The position numbers were made by a program, and so were the translations under genes. Positions 36,845-47,014 of a DNA stretch of 64,000 bases are shown piece after piece (within the stretch, counting starts at the first letter, position 1; every line of letters starts with the position of its first letter). The notes under the pieces are model-generated. The model searched no databases. It was not told where the DNA came from and worked only from the letters and a program-made list of their open reading frames with translations. The stretch covers positions 138,386,001 to 138,450,000 of the forward strand of contig CM059432.1 in assembly GCA_030390025.1 (NCBI GenBank), given 5' to 3'. Source of the stretch: Squalus acanthias. Lineage: Eukaryota.

Positions 36845-37710
36845 GGAACTCCCCTCGTGGCTCAGTGGATAGACTGCACTGTGTGGCAATGAACCACAGA
36901 GACCAAAACGATTGCAAGGTCAATCATCTACTGTGCGGGATTATATATCAGACGTAAAGAGACTTGCATTTCTATAGCGCCTTCCACGACTTCAGGACGT
37001 CCCAAAGCACTTTATAGCCAATTAATTACTTTACAAAGTATAGTCATTGGTGTAATGTAGAAAACACGGCAGCCAATTTGCACACAGCAAGCTCCCACAA
37101 ACAGCAATGTGATAAATGACCAGATAATGTTTTTTTTTAAAGTGATGTTGGTTGAGGGATAAATATTGGCCAGGACACCAGGGACAACTCCTCTGCTCGT
37201 CTTTGAAATAGTAGCATGGGATCTTTTACGTTCACCCGAGAGGGCAGATGTTTAAAGTCTCATGTGATAAGATGGCACCTCTGACAGTGCAGCACTCCCT
37301 TAGTACATCACTGGGAGAGTCATGCCTAGATTTTATACTCAAGCCTCTGTCGCGGGACTTGAACCCGCAACCTTTTCAAATCAGAGGTGAGTGCGTTAAC
37401 CACTGAGCCACGGCTGACACTAGCAGTGTTACCACTGACCTCTCACCCTTGACTAAGCATGGAGTGGCGGCAGGTGAGGTGGAATCAGCCTGGATTCCCA
37501 ATCCTGATCTAGCAGCCCCTGCTGAAAACCACACACATCAGATAGGGAGTGGGCTCATCTGTGATGCTCCGCCTGGTTGAATATTGTTCGTAGGCCCACT
37601 TTCCAGATTCACATATTTAGAGTGGCCACCTCAGTGACCCAGCAGAGGGTCTCTGACATGTTGTAGCATTGAATCCCCAGCAGGAGTCACTGTCTACAGG
37701 AGAGGCGAGG
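36845..37710 (+). mobile_element. Older, second tRNA-derived SINE family, split by a Deu SINE
   Basis: TGGCTCAGTGG head at about 36858, with the body resuming at about 37420. A diverged minus-strand relative may lie near 23500-23650. Confidence 0.45.
36960..37420 (-). mobile_element. Deu-domain SINE, full length
   Basis: Reverse complement of the 26040 copy. Confidence 0.85.
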
Positions 37711-38167
37711 ACAGAATGGAGGAGGGGGGGGGAAACAAGTTACAGGCAATACATTTTTTCATTCAGACAGTGAAGTATCCTCTCAGTAGAGTATTGAGTT
37801 CAAATCATCAGCAACATATCTTATTCGGTGGAAACCATTCTGTCTTGCAGCAGTTTCAAAGCAAGGAGCCCCATGCTGAGCGTCTCACTTTCCGCCCTGG
37901 GACACTCTAGGCTGTGATTTTCCCAGCGGAGTCGGGTTGGCTGGTCGACGGGTTCCAGTCGCGCTGCCGGTTTCAGCCGCTCTGAAATAACTATTTTGCC
38001 TTGACTGGGCTTATTAAGCCCGCCGTGCGCGTTACCTGGCCCAAACAGTGGGTTCGAGTCTGCTGCTCACCTCTGCTGACGTCTTCGATTCAGCTGTATT
38101 TAAGGGGCCCGTGTAGCCTTTGGATTTCAGTTCCTTTCTGATGCTCCTGATAACTGGTCTTTGGAAG

Positions 38168-40083
38168 ATGACTGCTCCAAGAACAAAGGCTGCTCCTCGC
38201 TTTGATGATGACTCCCTCCAAGCTCTTGTGGAGGGAGTTAGAGGGTGCAATGAGGTTCTGTTCCCTTCCAATGGACGGAGGAAGCCTCCTCAGCACACGA
38301 AGGCAGCCTGGCTGCAAATTGCTGAGGAGGTAAGCGCCAGGTCTTTGTGCTCACGCACCTGGGTTCAGTGCCGCAAAAGGTTCAATGATCTGTTACGCTC
38401 AGCAAAAGTGAGTATAACATCACACTTACCTTCAATCTGCTCCCTATCTATTCTCATCACCAACACTCTGCATTGTCAACCTACTCCTGCACATCCCAAC
38501 TTACCCTTACATCCCTTGCACCCTTAACCATCCCTCTCTCTCTATGTATAGAATCACTTCACCATCCTACTCTGCACACCTCACACTCACTCTCATTGTT
38601 ATGCAATGACAAAATACTAACAACGGACAGGGGGTGCCCTTGGCATTGGCACCTCACTCCATCTTTATCTCCCTCTAAGCTTTTATGCTATGGATTCTCT
38701 ACACTCATTCCATCATTCTCACTCAAACTCCACTTGTGTCCCTCATTGCAGGAAAAGAGAGCCCACAATAAGAGGAAGAGGGAGAGGACAGGAGGTGGCC
38801 CACCTTCCATGGTGCATTTAACTAACGCTGAGGAGGCAGCTATCGAGATCGTCGGAGGTGCAGAGGAGCTGGAAGTGGGGGACGGTCAGACGGGCGCAGT
38901 ACAGCAAGCTGGTGACAGAATAGATTTGCAACCCTCTCATTTAGATTTCATGAGTGACTGATATAGCATCTGATGTTCATACAGATTGACTTCTGATCAT
39001 CTGCACAAGGGGATGTGTCTGCTACCTAAATATCACATGTCTAACTCATGCCTTTACTCCCCCACAGGACCATCGAGAGCCCCCCTCCCCACTGTCCAGG
39101 AGGAAGAGCCGGACGAATCCTCAGAGGAAGCTGCAGCCTCTGAGGGAGCAGCGTCACCAGAACTCAGCGCACCCAGCACCAGCGCAGAGACGCACACCTT
39201 GGTGGGGCGTTCGCGACATCGAGTAGTGTTGTCACCTGGTGTATCACAGCTCACAAGTGAGTATCAGCAGATGGTGGAGACAGGGACAACAGTGGAGAGT
39301 CCTCGTCGGAGGCCGCTGGATGCTCCTAGCTCTGCTCAGCTGCATGTAGACGCTGTGCCTCTGGGGCCATCCAGAAAGAGAGCGGTGCTGGAGCTTCAGG
39401 AACAAGTGCAGGAGTCTCTGACAGGGTTTGCAACCACGGTGACTGCGAGTGTGCAGAGAATGGAGGAGTCCATCTCAAACATGAGCAATGCCGTGGTGCA
39501 CGCAATGGCGAATGTAGGTGCCACCATGGAAAGGATGGCAACCTCCATGGAGGACATAAATCGCCAGACTCAAATGAACATGGTCACTCTTCTAAATAGA
39601 TGGTCTGCTATGGAGGATAGATGGGCATCTATTGAGGAGAAGCACCAGAGGTACATGGACATCCCCGTTATGAGGACTGTCAGTACAGAGACGGGTCCTC
39701 ATGGCCCCACTGATGTGCAGCAAGGTGCTCTCCAGCCACTTGCTAGCAGTGAAGTGTGGGTGACCCATGAGAGGGATGTTGGTGGTCGACAACAAGGAAA
39801 TGGGGGCTCCTCTCCAAGCGCTCACATTCCCATGCCACTGTGGAGCCCTCGGTCAGAGCCCCAGATTCCTCACCCAACTGAGATGGCCGTCTCAGCCCCT
39901 GCACAGCGGCAGCAGGAGCAGACTGTTGCCGAGCCCTGCCAGGCTGACAAACCCAGAGGGCACCTGCCAAAGGCGTCTAAGCAGGCACGGCATAGAAGTG
40001 AGCAAGGTGCCTTTACATCTGCTGAAGCCACAGGGGAAGCACCACATAGAAGCACGCGTAAGAGAAAGTTAACACACAAATAG
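38168..40083 (+). CDS. Harbinger Myb/SANT-like DNA-binding protein, 3 exons (38168-38407, 38752-38911, 39068-40083), predicted 471 aa
   Basis: Exon 1 RF...L..LVEGV...W.QIAEEV...RT..QCRKRFNDL is a trihelix Myb/SANT motif. GT-AG sites have matching phases 0 and 1, and the spliced length of 1416 nt is open. Basic C-terminus RSTRKRK. AATAAA at 40153. Confidence 0.85.
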
Positions 40084-40369
40084 TCACAAGGGTAGTCACT
40101 TGGATGCTTTGATCTCATACAAAGTAACGTTTCTCATCGTTATTTCAATTGTAATAAAGAAATGCAATGGCAAAGATTCAAAGAGTTGGCCTATGTGTGC
40201 TCAGAAATGGAAGTTGCACAGTGAGGGGTCAGGGCGCCTTTCATCGGTAATGATGGTGGTGAGAGTGATAGGAAACCACAGTTTATTGTACAGATGCTGT
40301 ATGGTGTGTTAAGAAGGTCGGCCACACATTAATTTCCACGTGCCAGCCATATGTGGTTGATGCGTAAAC

Positions 40370-41598
40370 TTACGCGAATCTGGCATGGATTAGTGTATCC
40401 CTTGCCTCACGGCCAGCAATGTGCTCACGTGCTGGTGGAATTGGCACATCCGCCTCCGCAAGGTGTACCTCATCTGCCGCCTCCTCCTTCACCTCCTCCT
40501 CCTCCTCTTCCGAGGAGGCTGTGCGCTGAGCCACTTGTTCCTCAGGCAGCGGTAAGCCACGCTGCTGTGCGATGTTACGCAGGGCACAGCAGACCACGAT
40601 GATTCTGGAGACCCTGGCTGGTGCTCTACCAGATCTGTCGAGGCATCTGAATTGCATTTTTAGCAAGCCGATGGTTTGCTCTGTGATGCTTCTGGTGGAA
40701 ATGTGGCTCACATTGTAGCGCTCCTCAGCTTCGTTTGATGGCCTCCTCATCGGTGTCTTGAGCCACTTTTTCAGGGGATAGCCCTGGTCTCCAAGTAGCC
40801 ATCCAGAAAATTGGGTTGGTGGATTGAAGAGCTGAGGCACAGTAGACCCCCGCTGGATGAAGGAGTCATGGCAACTGCCAGGGAACTTGGCGCAAACATG
40901 CATAATGTTCTTCCTGTGGTTACACACCAGCTGGACGTTAAGGGAGTGGAAGCCCTTGCGGTTGACAAATATAGCTGGGTTGTGATGGGGTGCCCTAACG
41001 GCCACATGTGTGCAGTCTACGACGCCCTGCACCCTTGGGAAGCCTGCCATATTTGCAAAGCCAACCGCACGCGCGGTTACACTTGCTTCATCCGTGGAGA
41101 AGTGGATGTAATTGTGCGACTTTGCAAAGAGGGCATCGGTAACCTGCGTGATGCAAGTGTGTGCGGCCGACTGGGAGATGCTGCTGATGTCTGCTGCTGA
41201 TCCCTGGAAGGACCCCGAAGCAAAGAAATTGAGAGCGGTGGTGACTTTGACAGCCACAGGTAAGGAGTGTCCACCCGCTCCTCTGGGCTCCAGGTGTTGG
41301 TGCAACATTGCACAGATGTCAGCGTCTACCTCTCGCGGAAGTCTCAGCCTCCTTTGGCACTGCTGCTCACTCATGTTGAGGAAGCTCATCCTCGGCCTGT
41401 AAACTCTGTGTTGGGGGTATCTCCTCCGGCGAGGTGCAGGCCTGCACTGATGCCCTCTGCCCTGTGCAGCATCAGGTGACTGAGGAGGAGGTTGGCGCTC
41501 CTGTTGTTGCTGTTGCTGCTGTCCTGGTTCTACTGTTGCCGCGGCTGCTCTTCCTTCAATTCTGAGGACCAGGATGACAGGGTATAAATGGTTCCCAT
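40370..41598 (-). pseudogene. HARBI1-family (DDE_Tnp_4) transposase. Core ORF 41389-40370 is open; the inferred true start 41598 is cut off by a stop and frameshift.
   Basis: Motifs [33 protein letters not shown] and [14 protein letters not shown]. Minus-strand AATAAA at 40282-40287. Confidence 0.88.
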
Positions 41599-42149
41599 TC
41601 CGCTGGTATATATCTCAGTTGAGGAATAGATGTTATAAGCGCTCAGTCAATGTGGGGAGAGGGCTTTCCAAGGAGGTTACAGTGCATATGGATCTCAGCT
41701 TAAACACTTACAAGCTCAATAGACCTGCAGAATGTGTTCCAAAACCTCACAACACAAAGTTCTGCCATCTGAAAGTCAGCCATGGTACAGGTCCACTTTT
41801 ATGCTGCAGGAGCAGCTGTCAACAATTCAGCGAGTTGCTGAACCCGGCACAATCAGCTGGCGTGTTTGTCGCACGATGGGCAACACGCTGAAAATCTACT
41901 AAAATGGGAAGAGCCTGTAAAAATGGGATTATCTCGGCAGATAACAAGCTGTTAACTGCCTTAAGTGCCTCTCCCGCCGTTTGGTATCAGGTCTGATCGG
42001 GACTCGCAGACCCGACACTTTGCAAAGTTGCGTGGAGGCGGGATGGCGGCGGGTTCGCAACCCGCCGTCAATCATTTGGATTTTAACTTCCGACTCTGAG
42101 CGCCGGCAAAATCGCGGCCTCGATATCAGCTGCTCACATCTGCAGATCC

Positions 42150-42510
42150 CTCCGTGGCCCCGCCCCTCTCTATCTCTGTAACCTTCTCCAGCCCCACAAC
42201 CCTCCGAGATCTCTGCGCTCCTCTAATTCTGCCCCTTGAGCATTCCCGATTTCCATCGCTCCACCATTGGCGGCCGTGCCTTCAGCTGCCGAGGCCCTAA
42301 GCTCAGGAATTCCCTCCCTAAACCTCTCCGCCTCTCTCTCCTCCTTTAAGATGCTCCTTACAACCTCGCTCTTTGACCAAGCTTTTGGTCACCTGTCCTG
42401 ATATCTCTTTATGTGGCTCGGTGTCAAATTGTGTCTGATTTACGCTCCTGTGAAGTGCCTTGGGACGTTTTACTACGTTAAAGGCGCTATATAAATGCAA
42501 CTCGTTGTTG
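42150..42510 (+). mobile_element. L2 3' fragment
   Basis: Same family as 835-1220, ending GGCGCTATATAAATGCAA. Confidence 0.85.
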
Positions 42511-42576
42511 TATATGTAATTGTCGCTGGTAGAAATGATGTCAAGATTTTAAAATCTTACTGAGATTAGACACCAA

Positions 42577-43653
42577 GGGGGTGAATTTACATGGGGCGGT
42601 GGGGGGGAGCCGGGGGGAGAAGAGCCAGGCAAATCCCAGAGAAACAGCGTAAATTCCATTTACTTTGGTTATTCCCAGAGTTTCCGTGGATCTTCTGCCA
42701 ACGTTACGGTGAATGAGCGGCCGAACACGCTGGAATAGAGTTTCCGCTTTGGGCGCAATCGGGAAATTGCGTCCAAAATGCGCTTGAAATTGCGCTGGTA
42801 AGGTCACAGTTCAAGTTTCCGCTACAATTAATTTGCACAATCACACACGTTAAAATCTTCCATGAACCAGCGCAGTCGGGCAGCGCAATAGAACGTAATT
42901 GTTTCTTTTTTAATTCGTTCCATTAAAAAATATTCCTTCATTTATTTAAGCGAGGTAACCTGGTGCAGTTTTATGAATAAGAGCTGAAAAACGGGTTTAT
43001 CAGCAAAAATACGCATTTTTAATAAACGTGTCTCGTCCTCCACCAGCGAGTAACCTGATTTAAAATCAGTGAAATTGACTTTAAAAAACTATACTGAGCC
43101 ATTTAATAGTTTCATTGGTGTACACTAGTCGTGTTCTTAGTAAATTAAATATTTTTTGACATGAAATGACTTTTAAAACGTGCCGAGTGCCTGAGCGGCT
43201 AAGAAAATGAACAGAATTTGAAGAGCCTTCCCGAACCAGCGCAATTGGCGGAAACTTGCAATGTCGACCTGGGGGGGAGGGGGGGGGCGTGGCCAGGTCT
43301 ATGGGCGGGGCCTGATCCGGGAGAATTTAACCTTGAACCAGCGTAAAAGATGGCGGAAAACGCAAACGTAAGTTGGTTTTGGGCGTAACTCACATAGGTT
43401 TAAGAAGGAGATGGATAGATTTCTAGACACAAAAGGCATCAAGGGGTATGGGGAGAGAGCGGGAATGTGGTATTGAGATAGAGGATCAGCCATGATCATA
43501 TTGAATGGCGGAGCAGGCTCAAAGGGCCGAATGGCCGGCTCCTGCTCCTATTTTTCTGTGTTTCTGTGTTTCTAAAATTCCCCGATCTTTTTGCGTTGGT
43601 TCGGCCGATTCTGCCCGGATTGCGCCGATATAACTCGGGGAAACTCGACCCCC
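42577..43653. mobile_element. GC-rich MITE-like element with a nested CR1 tail (about 43395-43575)
   Basis: Ends GGGGGTGAATTT / AAACTCGACCCCC. CpG-rich arms and an AT-rich centre. Confidence 0.5.
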
Positions 43654-44224
43654 CGAGGTTTGCACGATCCACGTTGACCATCTGAGCTCCACTTTTCTGG
43701 TTTACCACGCCCTCCTCGTTATCCTTTGCTCTGCACAGAAGGTGCTGCAACGGGAGAGGAGAGACTTGCGCCTGCTCCGACATTGCGGGTGTAAGTCATG
43801 AACAAATCTGGTGATAAAACTAGGAGACAGCTGTTGCTTGAACAACACATATTCTGTACCAGTGCAGTATTTTTCCCCACTTGCCCGCCCCTTAATCAGC
43901 AAGCAGCTACTTTCCATTTTAAATTCCATTAAAAACACCAATTTTCTTTTTACATTCTAAATGATAAAATAGGGCGTTGCTTCAAACTTGGTATCATAGA
44001 TTAACACAAGACAGAAGGTTCTGCAAAAGCTGTATCATCTGAAAGCGCTATGTAAATGCAGTTTCTTTTCCTCTGTGCAGCATATGGCAGGAGATGCTCT
44101 GTTGTGAGTTATAGTACTTTGACACTCAAATATGGCTCTTAGCATTAACATAAAAACGAATGTGAGATGGCCAAGTTACACTGAAGGGTGCAGGAATTAT
44201 TTTAAATGTTACAACGGAATTACT

Positions 44225-44600
44225 GAATTAAGGGGTGATCTAACTGCGGTGTTGAAGATGATTAAAGGAGTTGATAGGGTAGATAGAAACTATTTCCTCT
44301 GGTGAGGGAGTCCAGTACAGGGGGCGTAACCTTAAAATTAGAGCTCGGCCATTCAGGGGTGACGTCAGGAAGCACTTCTTCACACAAAGGGTAGTGGAAA
44401 TCTGGAACTCACTCTCCTCCAAAAAGCTGTTGAGGCTGGGGGTCAATTGAAAATTTCAAAACTGAGATTGATAGATTTTTGTTAGGCGAGGGTATTAAGG
44501 GTTACGGAACCAAGGCGGGTAGGTGGAGTTAAGATACAGATCGACCATGATCTAATTGAATAGCTCGAGGGGCTGAATGGCCTCCTCCTGTTCCTAGATC
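44225..44600 (+). mobile_element. CR1 3' fragment
   Basis: Reverse complement of the 14428-14820 family. Confidence 0.85.
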
Positions 44601-44756
44601 TTAAAGAGAAAGGGGACATTGTGTTATGATGAACAAAATCAAATCCTTAAATTTGTGGGTTATCCTGCAGAGAGGGGTGGAGCAGCTACACAGGTGTGGT
44701 ACATAGGAGCCGAGCCTAAAAAGATATTGTAAGGAATCAACCGAATCAAAACTGAT

Positions 44757-45107
44757 ACAAAAGCAAAAATACTGCGGATGCTGGAGATCTGAAATAAAAA
44801 CAGAAAATGCTGGAAATACTCAGCAGGTCAGGCAGCATCTGTGGAGAGAGAAACAGAGTTAACATTTCAGGTCGATGACCCTTCGTCAGAATTGGAAAAA
44901 GTTGGAGATTGAACAGGTTTTTAAGCAAGTGTAGGGGCAGGGAAAGTGGGGAGGGGAGGAAAGAACAAAAGGGAAGGTCTGTGATAGGGTGGAAGGCAGG
45001 AGAGATTAAGAGACAAAAGGGATGATGGTGCAAGGCAAAAGGAGATGGTAATGGGACAAGTTAAGAAACAAAAGATGACTCTAGATGAAGTGTAAATGGC
45101 AATGGCA
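44757..45107 (-). mobile_element. Family B Penelope-like 3' end
   Basis: 14 bp TSD GAATCAAAACTGAT at 44743-44756 and 45108-45121. Confidence 0.8.
44857..44893 (-). ncRNA. Minimal hammerhead ribozyme motif (family B)
   Basis: Minus strand reads AATT-CTGACGA-A-GGGTC(ATC)GACCT-GAAA-TG-TT-AACT. Confidence 0.65.
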
Positions 45108-45359
45108 GAATCAAAACTGATGTGGAAGGGTATGTGCTAGCATACATTGTTCTGTACCATTGATTGCACTGCACGATAAAATGATAACACGTGGATTTGT
45201 ATCCATGAATATCCACATGGTGGGTTCCCTTATCTCAGCTGGGTTGTGGGAGCAGGCCACATACAGCAAAGAATTGACAGAATGAAGAGTGACGAGAAAT
45301 GGTAGAAAACTCCGTTTAACTCCATGATTAATGAAATCACATTCTCAGACATCACACAT

Positions 45360-45920
45360 TTCGGATTCCTGACTGCTGTTGTGGCTGAACCCATCCAGGT
45401 GCATTCTGAGGGTTCCATCACACTCCTGACTTGAGCCTTGTAGATGGCTGATAGTCTATGAGGGGGAGGGGATCAGGAGGTGAGTCACTCATCACAGAGT
45501 GCTCCCGCTCCTGTAGCCACAAGATGGTTGGTCTAATTAAGCTTCTGGTCAATGGTGACCCCCAAGATATTGATACTGGAGGACTCAGCAACAAAGGTGC
45601 CACTGAAAGTCATGAGGAGATGGCTAGACTTTCTATTGCCTTAGATAGTCTTACGTTAGCGGCTAGGCCAAGGCTGGATGTTATCCAGCTCCTGCTGCAG
45701 GCCCACATAGGGCTGCTTTATTATGGGAGGAGATGCAAATGGAGCTGAACACTGGAATCATCAGCTAACGGCCCCATTCCTGAAATTATGACCAAGGGAA
45801 GATGACGTGGCTGAAGGTAGTTCGACTGAGGGAGCTTCCTTGAGGAACTCCTGCAGCGATGCCCGAGGGCTGCGGTGGCTGGCCTCCGACAACCACAACC
45901 ACCTTCCTTTGGGTCAGGTG
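45360..45920 (-). mobile_element. Old non-LTR RT fragment
   Basis: Minus strand GVPQGS..LS...F, ADDS..F pattern. Resembles 50290-50760. Confidence 0.6.
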
Positions 45921-46594
45921 AACAACTACATTAACTTAGCGCACAAAGGAATTTTCTTTAAACGCATTAACCAGAGCACTTTCAGAGAAAATTAAACCCC
46001 CAAGAGAATTTTGGCATGGTTGGGAGACAACAGACTGAATTAACATCAGTGCTCTCTTCGCTCAGATGCTAACATTTCAGTGATTTGAGTGCATGGGCCG
46101 GACTGTCTGCACTTCCTAAAGCTTTAAATGAACTCCCGTTAATTTTAAAAGTGCCGAGGCTGTGTTGTCCGGTTACGTTTAGACTACAGAGCAATTCTGA
46201 CATTGCTAAAACTGCTGTATAATTAGACCCTAATTGAGACGATAAGTAGAAGGACTGACACTGGAGCGGTAAGTTAAATGCTACAAATTTTTAAAATTAA
46301 AATTCAAGCTGTGGAGAATTATTGGAATCTGTCAAATAATGATGAACATGTTAAACATTTACCCACATAGACATCCTCTTTATTTATCAAAGTTGCAAGA
46401 ACCATAAAATATTCAAACCGGGGCCTTTGGGACATTTTTAGATTTTCCACAAAAAAAAAATACCTTTACGGTCTGATGCTCGTCTAGCAGAGTTAAGCCT
46501 TACCTATTCACCAGTAACTTGCTTGCTGACACTCAGTTTGGGTTTTGCAAGAAACACTCAGTTCCAGATTGCATCACGGCCTTGAACCAGACAT

Positions 46595-46970
46595 GGATCC
46601 ACGGCCTCGCCCCTCCCTATCTCTGTGACCTCCTCCAGCCCTACAACCCTCTGAGATCTCTGCGCTCCTCCAATTCTGGTCTCTTGCGCAACCCCAATTT
46701 TAATTGTCCCACCATTGGTGGCCGTGCCTTCAAATGCCTAGGTCCTAAGCTCTGAAATTCCCTCCCTGAATCTCTTCACCTCTCTCTCTCTCTCTCTCTC
46801 CTCCTTTAAGACACTCCTTAAAACCTACCTCTTTGGCCAAACTTTTGGTCACCTGTCCTATTATCTCCTTACATGACTTGGCGTCAAATGCTGTTTGATA
46901 TCGCTCCTGTGAAACGCCTTGGGGTGTTTTACTACTTTAAAGGCGCTATATAAATACACGTTGTTGCTGT
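46595..46970 (+). mobile_element. L2 3' fragment
   Basis: HGLAPPYLCDLLQPYNPLRSLRSS..GGRAF..LGPKL and L2 tail. Confidence 0.85.
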
Positions 46971-47014
46971 TGGATGCAAGAGGTAAATGTTAGAGGTGAG
47001 CGTAATTGACCTTA

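Larger units (their letters stand above)
37910..42119. mobile_element. PIF/Harbinger DNA transposon, near-autonomous structure
   Basis: Imperfect TIRs GGCTGTGATTTTCCCAGCG / CGCCGGCAAAATCGCGGCC flank convergent Myb/SANT and DDE transposase genes. No TSD resolved. Confidence 0.92.

Noticed and set aside
40370..41389. Host HARBI1 gene
   Set aside because: Lies within TIRs beside a Myb partner and has deletion derivatives nearby. It is a transposon copy, so no gene symbol is given.
37907..42122. Target-site duplication of the large Harbinger
   Set aside because: Flanks CTA and TCG do not match, so no TSD is claimed.
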